The notes under the pieces were generated by a model. It had not been told where the DNA came from and did not search any database. It was given only the letters and a program-made list of their open reading frames with translations. From Minisyncoccota bacterium (GTDB taxonomy: Bacteria; Patescibacteriota; Minisyncoccia; Phycocordibacterales; CAIZLB01), in NCBI GenBank assembly GCA_021734945.1, contig JAIPIA010000002.1:258829-322828 (forward strand): 64,000 bases of DNA. The letters are read 5' to 3'. Below, in pieces: positions 1 through 10,981 of the stretch. Position numbers and translations under genes: made by a program. Position 1 is the first letter of the stretch. Every line of letters begins with the position of its first letter.

Positions 1-642
1 ACCTCGCCATCGGCTCTTGCCGGCCTTTCCAAGGTTCTGGAGCCAGTTTTCGTCATTTGATACCTCTCCGACTGTTGCCCAAGCTGTATCGATGATTTTT
101 CGCACTTCTGTTGAAGGAAGTTTGATTTGAGCATAACCTGAGTCCTGGCCAATTACTTCAGCATAGTTTCCAGCTGAACGTACAAGCTTAGAACCTCCTT
201 TTGGTTTAATTTCAATATTGTACACAAATGTACCTACTGGAATGTTATGTAATGGAAGTCGGTTAGCAGGCTTAATTTCAGCCTTTTCACCTACTAGGAA
301 TGTGTCTCCGGCTTTTACAGACTTTGGAACAATAACGTATCGCTTCTCACCGTCTGCATATACTGCAAGACCAATGAATGCTGTTCGGTTTGGATCGTAT
401 TCAACAGTAGTGATTTTCGCAGGAATTTCCTTTTTGTCGTAGAAAAAGTCTACATCTCGGAACATTCGCTTGTTTCCACCTCCTTTGTGTCGAGTAGTAA
501 TCCGACCTCGGTTATTTCGTCCCATAGATCGCTTGAAGCCGTGTGTTAGGCCTTTGAAAGCCACATCAGTAGTAAGCACTCCACGGTGAGTAACCGTAGT
601 CATGTTTCGTCGTGATGGTGTTGTTGGTTTATATCGTTTCAT
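1..642 (-). CDS. rplB: 50S ribosomal protein L2 (5' part; runs off window edge)
   Basis: Manual translation from ATG at 642: MKRYKPTTPSRRNMTTV...GRNNRGRITTRHKGGGNKR...EYDPNRTAFI, all L2 motifs; follows rplW. Confidence 0.97.
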   Translation of the reverse strand, partial: MKRYKPTTPSRRNMTTVTHRGVLTTDVAFKGLTHGFKRSMGRNNRGRITTRHKGGGNKRMFRDVDFFYDKKEIPAKITTVEYDPNRTAFIGLAVYADGEKRYVIVPKSVKAGDTFLVGEKAEIKPANRLPLHNIPVGTFVYNIEIKPKGGSKLVRSAGNYAEVIGQDSGYAQIKLPSTEVRKIIDTAWATVGEVSNDENWLQNLGKAGKSRWRG

Positions 643-660
643 ATTTTTATTTTGAAATTA

Positions 661-957
661 TTAAGCCAACTCAATAGTTTCTCCCTTCTTGAGAGTAACA
701 TATGCTTTGATAACACCTTGCTTTACACCAGCCTTACCTCGCACCATTACTCGCTTTGCAGGAGTTCGTGCGATGTTTACTGAAACTGGAGTAACTTTAT
801 AAAGCTCTTTTACAGCAGCTGTAACAGAAGCCTTCGTAGCAGTTTTGAAAATTTCAAAAACATACTTACCTTTTTCAGCTGAAATAGCTGCTTTTTCAGT
901 AATTCGAGGTCGTTTGATTACATCTGATGGATGCTTTTTGATTGAAGTTGTAGTCAT
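661..957 (-). CDS. rplW: 50S ribosomal protein L23
   Basis: IKRPRITEKA...KAYVTLKKG motifs; S10 operon order. Confidence 0.97.
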   Translation of the reverse strand: MTTTSIKKHPSDVIKRPRITEKAAISAEKGKYVFEIFKTATKASVTAAVKELYKVTPVSVNIARTPAKRVMVRGKAGVKQGVIKAYVTLKKGETIELA

Positions 958-962
958 GGCAG

Positions 963-1703
963 TTAGTTCATCTTAGAGCTAAGAGTTTTTACAATTTCTT
1001 CAGGAGTAGTCATAACAACATACTTGTACTGAAGAAGAGCGAGAGGGTTGATGTTTCGAACCTCCATCACCTCCAAGTTACCCATATTTTGGAATCCAAG
1101 CTTAACGTTTGCATCAAGTGTTGGAACCGCAATAAGTGCAGCATTGTTTCGTCGCTTTGAAAGCATTTCAAAGCCTTCAATTGAACCTAGTTTTGTAAGA
1201 GCTACTCGAGCGTCTTTAGTCTTAGGTGTAGAAAGTGTAAGTGAATTCAAGAACAGTACTTCTCCATCTCGTAGTTTCTGAGAAAGAATAGTATAGATTG
1301 CCTTCACTTTCATTTTCTTGTTAATTTTTCGGTCGTAGTTCTTGTCGTTTCGAGGACCGTGTGCCACACCTCCACCAACCCAGATCGGAGATCGAGTTGA
1401 TCCGTGTCGTGCACGACCAGTACCTTTTTGTGCCCAAGGCTTTTTACCTCCTCCACTTACGTCAGCTCTACTTTTTGTGTGAGCAACTGACTTACGTGCA
1501 GAACTTCGCATTGACTGTACAACCTGGTGTACAAGGTCAGCGTTCCAGTTGAGTCCAAAGATTTCTCCTGGAGCGTCAAATGTAGATGTACTCTTACCGT
1601 TTTGGTCGAACACCTTCACCTCTACATTTTTCAATTCAGCCTTTTTGTCAGACTTCTTGCCATCTTTCTTCTTTTCTATTTTTTTAGCAAAATCTTTAGC
1701 CAT
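963..1703 (-). CDS. rplD: 50S ribosomal protein L4, with Lys-rich N-terminal extension
   Basis: VSGGGKKPWAQKGTGRARHGS signature. Confidence 0.98.
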   Translation of the reverse strand: MAKDFAKKIEKKKDGKKSDKKAELKNVEVKVFDQNGKSTSTFDAPGEIFGLNWNADLVHQVVQSMRSSARKSVAHTKSRADVSGGGKKPWAQKGTGRARHGSTRSPIWVGGGVAHGPRNDKNYDRKINKKMKVKAIYTILSQKLRDGEVLFLNSLTLSTPKTKDARVALTKLGSIEGFEMLSKRRNNAALIAVPTLDANVKLGFQNMGNLEVMEVRNINPLALLQYKYVVMTTPEEIVKTLSSKMN

Positions 1704-1730
1704 AAATTTATATATTGATTAGTGAAGATA

Positions 1731-2330
1731 TTAACCCTGTATTTCAACAAGAGTACCGCGTCGACCTGGAACTGCACCACGGATGTAAACTTCCTTTGTA
1801 TCTTTATCATAAGCCATAACAACGAGGTTCTTTACAGTAACTCGATCGCCACCCATTCGGCCTGGCATTCGTGTACCTTTAAAAACTCGCTGATATCCAC
1901 CGGCACCGATAGAACCTCCCTCTCGTTCAGAGTGTTTCTGTCCGTGAGATCGTGGTCCACCATGGAACCCGTGTCGCTTTACTACACCTTGGAAACCCTT
2001 TCCTTTAGATATAGCAGATACCACAACTACGTCACCAGCTTCTAAAGTAGATTCTACTTTATCGCCAAGAGCTCCTTCAGTAATACCAGCAATCTCTTTG
2101 AGATGTCGGAAATTACCAAGATCCTTCATGTGACCTTTTTGTGCTTTGTTAATATTTTTTTCTTTTTTTGTTCCAAAACCAACCTGGATAGCCTCGTACC
2201 CATCCTTGAGTTTTGTCTTTACCTGAGTAACAACCAAGTCCTCTGCCCTAACGACAGTAACTGGATGTACTTTGCCCTCCTCGTCGAAGAGCTGTGTCAT
2301 ATTCTGTTTTGTTCCAAGAATGAATTTCAT
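1731..2330 (-). CDS. rplC: 50S ribosomal protein L3
   Basis: SKGKGFQGVVKRHGF, MPGRMG motifs. Confidence 0.98.
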   Translation of the reverse strand: MKFILGTKQNMTQLFDEEGKVHPVTVVRAEDLVVTQVKTKLKDGYEAIQVGFGTKKEKNINKAQKGHMKDLGNFRHLKEIAGITEGALGDKVESTLEAGDVVVVSAISKGKGFQGVVKRHGFHGGPRSHGQKHSEREGGSIGAGGYQRVFKGTRMPGRMGGDRVTVKNLVVMAYDKDTKEVYIRGAVPGRRGTLVEIQG

Positions 2331-2375
2331 AGTAGTAGGCTTAATTGCAATGAGTGGTAAGTATGTCTAATTAGA

Positions 2376-2735
2376 TTAGAGCATCTTTACATCAATGTTG
2401 ACTCCTGAAGGAAGACTGAGGTTCGTAAGAGCTTCAATCACTTTTGCAGAAGGATTAACAATATCGAGAAGTCGCTTGTGGACTCGCATTTCAAATTGTT
2501 CTCGAGCGTTCTTGTAAACGAATGCTGATCGGTTAACTGTGTAGATTCTCTTTTCTGTTGGGAGAGGCACAGGACCGAGGATAACGGCATCGTATCTAAG
2601 AGCTGTATCCATAATCTGCTTGATTGATGCATCTATAATCTTTGATTCGTATGCTCGCACACGAATTCGAAGCTTTGAAACACCTTCTTCTTTTCCGGCT
2701 GTCTTCTTTTTAGTTGTTTCTTTAGTTGCAGCCAT
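2376..2735 (-). CDS. rpsJ: 30S ribosomal protein S10
   Basis: GPVPLPT, REQFEMRVHKRL motifs; start adjusted to ATG at 2735 (MAATK). Confidence 0.97.
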   Translation of the reverse strand: MAATKETTKKKTAGKEEGVSKLRIRVRAYESKIIDASIKQIMDTALRYDAVILGPVPLPTEKRIYTVNRSAFVYKNAREQFEMRVHKRLLDIVNPSAKVIEALTNLSLPSGVNIDVKML

Positions 2736-2870
2736 GTGATGTGTTTTGTTAGTTGCCTTACCACAGACTGATTCCGCGACCTGCAATTTTTTGTCTTAAT
2801 TTGATTTCTCAAATTATTAAAAGATATTGCAGAGCCGTACGAACCAGCCCGTAGACCGGCTAAAAATTAC

Positions 2871-4064
2871 TTACGCAACAATCTTTGTTACAACACCCGC
2901 ACCTACAGTTTTACCACCTTCTCGGATAGCAAATCGCTGTTTGTCTTCAAGAGCAATAGGAGCGATGAGTTTAACTTTGAATGTAACTGTATCTCCAGGC
3001 ATAACCATTTCTACTCCTGCAGCAAGAGTTACTTCTCCAGTAACATCTGTTGTTCGTACGTAGAATTGTGGCTTGTAACCTGTAAAGAATGGAGAGTGTC
3101 GACCACCTTCTTCCTTCTTGAGGATGTAAACTTCAGCTTCAAACTCTGTATGAGGCTTAACTGAACCTGGCTTACAAATAACCTGTCCTCGTGTGAGGTC
3201 ATCTTTCTTTGCAGATCGAAGAAGGATACCAGCGTTGTCTCCAGCCATACCTTCGTTGAGCTGCTTATTGAACATTTCAATACCTGTAACAGTAGTTGAA
3301 GTTGTATCTTTAAGACCTACGATTTCGATAGTTTCACCAACTTTTACGATACCTCGTTCGATTTTACCTGTAACTACAGTTCCTCGTCCTTCGATAGAGA
3401 AGATGTCTTCAATAGGCATAAGGAAAGGCTTGTCAGTTTCTCGAACTGGAACTGGGATGTAAGTATCAAGAGCGTCAGCAAGTTCTAGAACTTTCTTTGA
3501 CCACTCATCATCATTACTTGTTGCTTCGAGAGCCTTAAGAGCTGAACCTCGAATAACTGGAGCGTTTTCGTCAAAACCGTTCTTCGCGAGAAGTTCTCGG
3601 ATTTCAGCTTCAACGAGGTCGAGCATGTCTGCATCATCAACCATATCGCACTTGTTTAGAAATACGATGATCTTTGGCACACCAACCTGCTTAGCCAAGA
3701 GAACGTGTTCTCGTGTCTGTGGCATAGCACCGTCAGTTGCTGCTACTACGAGAATAGCACCGTCCATCTGAGCTGCACCAGTAATCATGTTCTTGATATA
3801 GTCGGCGTGACCTGGAGCGTCAATGTGAGCATAGTGTCGCGCGTCTGTAGCATACTCTGAGTGAGAAAGAGAGATAGTAATACCTCGAGCTTTTTCTTCA
3901 GGAGCCTTGTCGATATCTCCAACAGCCTTAAGAGTAACTTGCTTACCCGCTCGGTGAAGAACGTTAAGAATAGCTGCTGTAAGAGTTGTCTTTCCGTGGT
4001 CTACGTGTCCAATTGTACCTACGTTTAAGTGAGGTTTTGATCGGTCAAAAACTTCTTGTGCCAT
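2871..4064 (-). CDS. tuf: Elongation factor Tu
   Basis: [23 protein letters not shown]; start adjusted to MAQEVF at 4064. Confidence 0.99.
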   Translation of the reverse strand: MAQEVFDRSKPHLNVGTIGHVDHGKTTLTAAILNVLHRAGKQVTLKAVGDIDKAPEEKARGITISLSHSEYATDARHYAHIDAPGHADYIKNMITGAAQMDGAILVVAATDGAMPQTREHVLLAKQVGVPKIIVFLNKCDMVDDADMLDLVEAEIRELLAKNGFDENAPVIRGSALKALEATSNDDEWSKKVLELADALDTYIPVPVRETDKPFLMPIEDIFSIEGRGTVVTGKIERGIVKVGETIEIVGLKDTTSTTVTGIEMFNKQLNEGMAGDNAGILLRSAKKDDLTRGQVICKPGSVKPHTEFEAEVYILKKEEGGRHSPFFTGYKPQFYVRTTDVTGEVTLAAGVEMVMPGDTVTFKVKLIAPIALEDKQRFAIREGGKTVGAGVVTKIVA

Positions 4065-4297
4065 ATATATGTTTTGTTTAATTGCTATCTTAAGGAATTT
4101 AGATGAAGCGATATTTTGCTCACACAAACTCAGTAAGTTCCCAATTAAGATTTAATTATTTTTTATTAAACTTTATCTACAGTGCTTTAGCGGCTTAGAT
4201 TAAGGGTTATTTGTAAACTTCCGTTTATTTTGCAAATAATACTTAATCGACTCACTAGAGGTTACAGATAAAAAAAGCGCCGAAACGCAATGCAGAG

Positions 4298-4327
4298 ATA
4301 GTACCAGAGATATGGAGGTAAAGTCAA
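4298..4327 (-). promoter_or_regulatory. Sigma70-type promoter of the tuf-S10 operon
   Basis: Minus strand TTGACT-N18-TACTAT. Confidence 0.6.
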
Positions 4328-4400
4328 TGGAAATATGAGGGGAATAGGTTGAAAATAGGTGATAAAGGCTGAGTTTGTCAGTATATATAAAATTATAAAG

Positions 4401-4478
4401 AAAAAAGCCCCGACCGAGCCCTCATACTTTCATCCACGCTACTACCTGCGGATTATTATAGAGGACTCGAATCGGGGC
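4401..4478 (-). terminator. Long composite hairpin plus U-tract downstream of orphan gene
   Basis: Minus: GCCCCGATTCGAGTCCTC...GAGGGCTCGGTCGGGGC followed by TTTTTT. Confidence 0.55.
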
Positions 4479-4511
4479 CGAGCTGAGAAATTGTCTCAAC
4501 GTAGTGCTTCT

Positions 4512-4913
4512 TCAGGGAACAGCAGGATGTGCTGGTGTCCAGACGTGAACGGCGGAGTGCTTGCCCACCGGGTCGTCAGGAGCCCAGAGTTTAAAAGCTG
4601 ACGGCGAGGCACCGACGAAAGCAGAATCCAAACCAACGGAATGTGAGCTCTCGACGAGTGCTCGCTGTTGGATATGGATCCCGACTTCGATCGGGGAACC
4701 TGGGGACTGAACGCTGAGGGTGGAAGTTTCCATGACACCGCAGTGCTGGATCGCGAAGACATTTGGTGCGATCTTGGTTGCGGTAGCAGGAACGACGACT
4801 TTAACGTTGATGCCGTCAGCGATGGTGCTGATAGCTTGGTCTTGAGGCGTGGCATGGACTTGCGGTCCGAAGCACGCAATCGCGATGAACGCGAGGGTGA
4901 GGATGTGTTTCAT
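4512..4913 (-). CDS. Hypothetical secreted protein (GC-richer orphan)
   Basis: Signal-peptide-like N-terminus MKHILTLAFIAIACFGPQVHA; own promoter (TTGACG...TATAAA near 5019-5044) and terminator. Confidence 0.6.
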   Translation of the reverse strand: MKHILTLAFIAIACFGPQVHATPQDQAISTIADGINVKVVVPATATKIAPNVFAIQHCGVMETSTLSVQSPGSPIEVGIHIQQRALVESSHSVGLDSAFVGASPSAFKLWAPDDPVGKHSAVHVWTPAHPAVP

Positions 4914-5077
4914 AGTGAGACGTAACCTTTACCTTTGCTTGAGCGCAATTTCTTGAGCAGTCCTAGGGACAACTCAATTAATTGCATCCACACTGTGTGA
5001 GCGCAGAGTACTATTAAGTTTATACCTCTCACACACTACGTCAATAGTTTTTTATAGAATAAACAGTGTAAAACTTT

Positions 5078-6748
5078 TTAACTTAAAGCCTCTAGTACAG
5101 CAATCAACTTCTGATGAATACCGTCGAATGATCCATTACTCATTATTACTAAAACATCACCTGGGGTTGCAATAGCCGCTATTTTCTCTATAACTTGATG
5201 ACCATTTGCTACGCATACTGCGTAAAATTCCTTTGATTCTCTATTCTCTTCTCCATTTTCACCCTTATTTCTAGGCACTTTTTTGTAATTCTTAATACTT
5301 TCATCAACCACAACGTTCCCATCAATAAAGTCACTTGGAGTATCGTTATGACGAAGTTCTGGCATAGAGAGCACTAGACCGTCCACACTCACGAACGCAT
5401 GTGCATACTCATGTTCAAACATTTTCTTTCGACTTGTGTTAGATCTTGGCTCAAAAATTGCAAAAATTCGATTGCTAGGAAAATGTTCTCTAATACCAGC
5501 AAGAGTTTCTCTGACAGCAGTAGGGTGATGCGCGAAGTCGTCTATGATTGTAATTTCATTTACTGTAGCAACAATTTCTTGTCGTCGTTTCATTCCATTA
5601 AAAGTAGCGAGTCCATCGCAAATTTGTTCAAAAGAAAGATTCTGGTTCAAAGCGATAGCAATCACAGCAAGCGTGTTTGCTAAATTATATTTTCCAAAAA
5701 GACGAATGGATAGTCGTCCCAATTCATTACCTTTGTAGACGAGAGTAAATACTTGTCCTTTATCATCTACTACAATGTCTTTTGCAGTAACGTCGTTAGT
5801 TGAATCAAAACCATAATATAAGACATCAGCTTCTGTAAATTTTGAAAGTTCTCGAACATCCTGTGAATCACCATTAAGGACAAGTACTCCACCGTTTTCC
5901 GCGCTTGCAGTTTCTTCTGCTAAAAATATAAAAGACTTTTTATACTCCTCAAAGTCAGAATATATGTCGGCATGATCAAATTCGAGAGATGTAACAACTG
6001 CAACTTTTGGCTTATAGTGAAGAAACTTTGGTGACTTGTCGAAGTACGCAGTATCGTATTCATCCCCTTCTATTATGAAATGTTTAGATTCTATTTGAGG
6101 AGCCAGGTCTGATGTAGTGTCTTTTATACCCTGCTCGTTTTGTCGAACTGCTCCAGAACTAAAGCTTGTTTCTTGAATTCCGTTTGAAGTTGGAACAGCT
6201 ACACCACCAACTAAAAATCCAGGATTCAATCCAGCACTCAAAAAGACATGTGCACACAAACCTGTTGTAGTAGTTTTTCCATGAGTACCACAAATCACAA
6301 TTGAAGTTTTGTCTTTAATAAAAAATTCAGCAATCGCTTCAGACATTGAAAGTTGAGGAAGATTGTTTTCTCGGACATACGCACCCTCTTCATTATCAGG
6401 ACCAAACATATTTGCAACGATTGTTAAATCTTTATCTTTTACATGCTCTTTAGAAAAACCTTCGTAAAATTTTATATTCAATTTATTTATCAAATCACTT
6501 GCTGGTGGATAACAACCAACATCTGATCCAGAAATATCGTAACCCTCTTCAGCAAACAATCCTGCGAGTGATGATGTAGCTTTACCACACACACCCGTGA
6601 TGTGAACTTTTTTAATTTCCCCTCGCCCAACTTTTTCTGAAAGTTCGCTCATGTAGGACCTATCAAAAATTCTTTTTTCAGCAGTACCAGTCTCCTGTCC
6701 TATCCTTTTTGTCTTTTGTTCAAAAAATTCTTGGGCGTTTTTTTTCAT
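5078..6748 (-). CDS. mpl: Mur ligase, Mpl-like murein peptide ligase (MurC/Mpl family)
   Basis: HITGVCGKATSSLA, GTHGKTTT, EGDEYDTAYFDK, DDFAHHPTAV, FEPRSNT (Mpl-type); start adjusted to MKKNAQ. Confidence 0.8.
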   Translation of the reverse strand: MKKNAQEFFEQKTKRIGQETGTAEKRIFDRSYMSELSEKVGRGEIKKVHITGVCGKATSSLAGLFAEEGYDISGSDVGCYPPASDLINKLNIKFYEGFSKEHVKDKDLTIVANMFGPDNEEGAYVRENNLPQLSMSEAIAEFFIKDKTSIVICGTHGKTTTTGLCAHVFLSAGLNPGFLVGGVAVPTSNGIQETSFSSGAVRQNEQGIKDTTSDLAPQIESKHFIIEGDEYDTAYFDKSPKFLHYKPKVAVVTSLEFDHADIYSDFEEYKKSFIFLAEETASAENGGVLVLNGDSQDVRELSKFTEADVLYYGFDSTNDVTAKDIVVDDKGQVFTLVYKGNELGRLSIRLFGKYNLANTLAVIAIALNQNLSFEQICDGLATFNGMKRRQEIVATVNEITIIDDFAHHPTAVRETLAGIREHFPSNRIFAIFEPRSNTSRKKMFEHEYAHAFVSVDGLVLSMPELRHNDTPSDFIDGNVVVDESIKNYKKVPRNKGENGEENRESKEFYAVCVANGHQVIEKIAAIATPGDVLVIMSNGSFDGIHQKLIAVLEALS

Positions 6749-6837
6749 ATAGTGTAATTGTATGCACATTTTATATGCAATATTTATATACATTAGCATT
6801 TTTATACTACTTCATAAAGAAAATAATATCTACTTTA

Positions 6838-6873
6838 ACAAAAACACCCCACATTTCTGCGCGGTGTTTTTGT
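6838..6873 (-). terminator. Intrinsic terminator after fusA
   Basis: ACAAAAACACC...GGTGTTTTTGT inverted repeat. Confidence 0.65.
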
Positions 6874-6914
6874 AATTTTCGAGAGAAATTTTAACTCTAC
6901 CCACTACTCAGAAC

Positions 6915-9062
6915 TTACTTTCGTGACTCAACGATTTCTTTTTCAACGTTTGGTGGAACCACATCGTAGTGATCGAATTCCATTGTCATTGAACCTCGTC
7001 CTTGTGTCATAGATCGTAGATCAGTTGTGTAACCGAACATTTCTGATAGAGGAACCATAGCTCGAATAACCTTGTTGAGACCTCGGTCATCCATACCTTC
7101 GATTTGACCTCGTTTTGATGAGAGTGAACCTGTACAATCTCCCATGAACTGTTCTGGAGTTACAACTTCTACTTTCATAATTGGCTCAAGGATAACTGGC
7201 TTAGCTTTCTTAGCAGCTGCCTGGAATGCCTGTGACGCAGCAATCTTGTACGCGATTTCTGATGAGTCCACATCGTGAGATGAACCGAATGTAAGTTCAC
7301 AAGATACATCTGTCATTGGGAATCCAGCAACAATACCTCGATCCATAGCTTCTTTTACACCCTTTTCAACTGCAGGAATAAATTCTGTTGGAATAACACC
7401 TCCCTTGATAGAGTCGATGAATTCGAAACCAGCTTCACGGTGAACGTTCTTTGGAATCTTTGCACCTTCTTCAACTGCTTCAAGTGGTTTGATTGTAATT
7501 CGAACGTGACCGTACTGACCCTTACCTCCAGACTGCTTAACGTATTTGTAGTCTTCATCAACACAAGTTCCCTTGATAGTTTCTCGGTATGATACCTGTG
7601 GCTTACCTACGTTTGCTTCTACGTTAAATTCTCGCTTCATTCGATCAACCATAATTTCAAGGTGGAGTTCACCCATACCAGCGATGATAGTTTCACCTGT
7701 TTCCTGGTTTGATGAAATTCGGAAAGTTGGATCTTCATCACCAAGCTTCTTGAGAGCAACACCCATTTTTTCCTGATCTGCTTTTGTCTTTGGTTCGATT
7801 CGAAGTGACACTACAGGTTCAGCGAACTTGATAGGATCAAGGATAATAGGGTGAGCCTCATCACAGAAAGTATGAGATGTTTTTGCATCTTTCAAACCTA
7901 CTGCAGCTGCAATTTCTCCGGCGTACACTTTCTTTACTTCTTCTCGCTTGTTAGCCTGAAGTCGTACAATTCGTCCAAGTCGTTCTTTCTGACCTGTTGT
8001 TGAGTTGTAAATGTATGAACCAGCTTCAATAGTTCCAGAGTACACTCGGAAGAATGTAAGCTGACCTACGAATGGATCTGTTTGAAGTTTGAATGCAAGA
8101 GCAGAGAATGGTACTGAGTCTGATGCAGCTCGTGTAATTTCTTCACCTGTTTCTGGATCAAGACCGTGTACTGGTGGTACATCAAGTGGAGATGGAAGAT
8201 AATCAACAACGGCGTCAAGAATAAGCTGTGTACCTTTGTTCTTCAAAGCTGAACCTGTAAATACTGGGAAAATCTTTCCAGCAATAACTCCCTTTCGAAG
8301 AGCAGCTTTCAAATCTTTAATATCAAAATCAGTTTTACCTTCGAGGTACTGATTCATCATAGTGTCATCGAGTTCAACAATTTTTTCTACAAATTCTGCT
8401 CGTCGTGTAGTAGATTCAGCAAGCATATCTGCAGGAATTTCATATTCAATAACTTTGTTACCCATTTCTCCTTCGAACTTGTAAGCCTTCATCTTAAGGA
8501 GATCAATAACTCCGTCGAAATCACCTTCGTTTCCAATTGGAAGCTGTGCTCGAACTGCGTTCTTGTTAAGTCGTTCTAGAATAGATGCAAATGATCGTTC
8601 GAATGAAGCACCTGTTCGGTCGAGTTTGTTGATGAAACAAATTCGTGGAACATTGTACTTGTCAGCTTGTCGCCATACAGTTTCAGACTGTGGCTCTACA
8701 CCAGCTACTCCATCAAATACTACAACTCCTCCGTCGAGTACTTTGAGTGATCGTTCTACTTCCACTGTGAAGTCTACGTGACCTGGTGTGTCAATAATGT
8801 TGAATCGGTGCATGAGAGATTTGTCTGTACCCATGTATGAAGGGTTCCAAAAACAAGTGATGGCAGCGGCAGTAATAGTAATACCTCGCTCTTTTTCTTG
8901 TTCCATCCAGTCAGTCACAGCTTCACCTTCGTGAACTTCACCAATCTTGTGTGACATACCTGTGTAATAAAGAATTCGTTCAGATGTCGTAGTTTTACCT
9001 GCGTCAATGTGAGCGATAATACCGAAGTTTCTTGTTTTCTCTAATGGATAATCTCGTTCCAT
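6915..9062 (-). CDS. fusA: Elongation factor G
   Basis: [36 protein letters not shown]. Confidence 0.99.
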   Translation of the reverse strand: MERDYPLEKTRNFGIIAHIDAGKTTTSERILYYTGMSHKIGEVHEGEAVTDWMEQEKERGITITAAAITCFWNPSYMGTDKSLMHRFNIIDTPGHVDFTVEVERSLKVLDGGVVVFDGVAGVEPQSETVWRQADKYNVPRICFINKLDRTGASFERSFASILERLNKNAVRAQLPIGNEGDFDGVIDLLKMKAYKFEGEMGNKVIEYEIPADMLAESTTRRAEFVEKIVELDDTMMNQYLEGKTDFDIKDLKAALRKGVIAGKIFPVFTGSALKNKGTQLILDAVVDYLPSPLDVPPVHGLDPETGEEITRAASDSVPFSALAFKLQTDPFVGQLTFFRVYSGTIEAGSYIYNSTTGQKERLGRIVRLQANKREEVKKVYAGEIAAAVGLKDAKTSHTFCDEAHPIILDPIKFAEPVVSLRIEPKTKADQEKMGVALKKLGDEDPTFRISSNQETGETIIAGMGELHLEIMVDRMKREFNVEANVGKPQVSYRETIKGTCVDEDYKYVKQSGGKGQYGHVRITIKPLEAVEEGAKIPKNVHREAGFEFIDSIKGGVIPTEFIPAVEKGVKEAMDRGIVAGFPMTDVSCELTFGSSHDVDSSEIAYKIAASQAFQAAAKKAKPVILEPIMKVEVVTPEQFMGDCTGSLSSKRGQIEGMDDRGLNKVIRAMVPLSEMFGYTTDLRSMTQGRGSMTMEFDHYDVVPPNVEKEIVESRK

Positions 9063-9296
9063 AAATGTGTTGTTGTGGCTGTTCGATTATTAGTTAAAAT
9101 TTTAATCAAAATTTAATAAAATTGATGAAAAATAAAAAAAGCGAACAGACCAAAATATAAATAATTTAATAAGGCACCGACTTTTTAGAATCAAATCTAG
9201 ATAGAAGTCGTGGGGATAAAATAGCATTATTTTAGGGTGTTTGCAATATAAGTCCTAGGTAAATATTTGATATACTGTCACTCTACATTCAAATAT

Positions 9297-10016
9297 ATGA
9301 AACTAATAATACTTGCTGCAGGAAAAGGGAAAAGAATGGGTGAATCTTCAAATCACACACCTAAACCTATTCTGAAATACAAAGGAAAAACACTTATTCA
9401 CCACAAGTTTGAACAACTTCCAAGCAGTATTGATGAAATTATCATTACAATAGGCCATTTAGGCGAAAAAGTTATTGACGCACTTGGTCATTCTTATGAC
9501 AATAGTAAAAATGGAGGGGCAATTATTCCTATTACATATATAGAACAGAAGGAACTTCTAGGAAGTGGTCATTCCCTGTGGCAAGCGAAGGAAGCTATTG
9601 GAAATAGTCCTTTTTTGGTGCTAATGGGTGATGATCTGTACTCAAAACAAGATTTAGAAGAAATGATTGCACTCAATATACAAAATCCTCAATCATGGAT
9701 TGCATTAGTAGAGCCTCAAAAGGACCATATTCCCTACGGCAAATGCGTTCTCGATGAAGAGGGCTATCTTATAGATTTTAGGAATGACCCAAATAAAGAG
9801 ATCCTTAGGAACCTCATGTACACAGGTGCCTGTCTTTTGACGCCTGATGTTTTTACACTGCCTCTTATAAAGATAAGTGAGACTGAATATGGGCTTCCAC
9901 ACACCTTTGTGCAGGAAGTGCGGCATAAATTGCCTTCAACAGGCAAACTGAACATACATGTAGTTTCGACCACCTACTGGAAGAGAGTTACTACTCCTGA
10001 GGATTTGGTTGAATAA
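9297..10016 (+). CDS. Sugar-phosphate nucleotidyltransferase family protein
   Basis: IILAAGKGKRM...PKP motif, VLMGDD; start adjusted to MKLIIL. Confidence 0.85.
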   Translation: MKLIILAAGKGKRMGESSNHTPKPILKYKGKTLIHHKFEQLPSSIDEIIITIGHLGEKVIDALGHSYDNSKNGGAIIPITYIEQKELLGSGHSLWQAKEAIGNSPFLVLMGDDLYSKQDLEEMIALNIQNPQSWIALVEPQKDHIPYGKCVLDEEGYLIDFRNDPNKEILRNLMYTGACLLTPDVFTLPLIKISETEYGLPHTFVQEVRHKLPSTGKLNIHVVSTTYWKRVTTPEDLVE

Positions 10017-10070
10017 TTTATGTATGTTGTCGAAATTCGACAATTATGAAATATGCCTTATAATAAGGCC

Positions 10071-10895
10071 ATGCACGAAACCAATGCAGGCAACTCAATC
10101 TTAAACGATTCAAACGAGCAGTTAGAAGAAGTGCTAACTTCGTTGGATTTACCGCCCATTTCTAGGAAGATATATATGCGACTCTTGGGGAACAAGAGCC
10201 TTAACGCCCGAATGTTAGCGGAGGCTTTAGATATTCCTCGTCCATCTGTGTATGACCATATTCGAATACTCCAGAACAAGAACCTAATTATTCCAAAAAA
10301 GCAGGACGGCAAGCTCTTTTTTAGTGCTAACGACCCTCATCACATACAGTCGTTAATAGATTTACAGGAAGCTAAATACAAGGAGATGAAAAAAGTCTTT
10401 GGAAACCTACTACCAAGACTCAAAACCGATGTCAGATCAGTTGATCCAAAAATTCAATTTTTCAGCGGCATCGAAGGAGTAAAAAGTGTTCAAAATGACA
10501 TACTCTGGTGTAAAGATACAGAGACTTACACAATGTGGCCAACTCAAGCTATGTTGGATCTTCTTGGACCTGAATACCTCGCCTGGCACAATAAAAGACG
10601 TGTCGAGCAAAATATATCTGTAAAAGTAATTCGCCAAGGACCGGTTATCGACGGACTTATTCATAGTTTCTTTCAAGAAGGTGAGGAAACGCTAAGAACT
10701 GTAAAATATTTAGCTGGGAGTGAAGCAATTAGTGGCTCAGAAACAACAGGGATTAGTATGAGTTATTGGATTTATGGAGACAAAGTAGCCTTTTTTGACT
10801 CATCAGATGAATTATATGGCTTCATTGTTCACTCAAATGCATTCTCAAATCTCATGACGATGCAATTCAATATATTGTGGGGGATTTTGAAATAG
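10071..10895 (+). CDS. TrmB-family transcriptional regulator
   Basis: N-terminal wHTH (ARMLAEALDIPRPSVYD), C-terminal IQFFSGIEG...WIYGDKVAF domain. Confidence 0.8.
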   Translation: MHETNAGNSILNDSNEQLEEVLTSLDLPPISRKIYMRLLGNKSLNARMLAEALDIPRPSVYDHIRILQNKNLIIPKKQDGKLFFSANDPHHIQSLIDLQEAKYKEMKKVFGNLLPRLKTDVRSVDPKIQFFSGIEGVKSVQNDILWCKDTETYTMWPTQAMLDLLGPEYLAWHNKRRVEQNISVKVIRQGPVIDGLIHSFFQEGEETLRTVKYLAGSEAISGSETTGISMSYWIYGDKVAFFDSSDELYGFIVHSNAFSNLMTMQFNILWGILK

Positions 10896-10981
10896 GAAAG
10901 ATAATAATTGCTAGACTAAAATAGTACAGTCCACCGTGGTTAGTGGTGGACTGCGTAGCAGAACAAAGAAAGTTCTGACCG

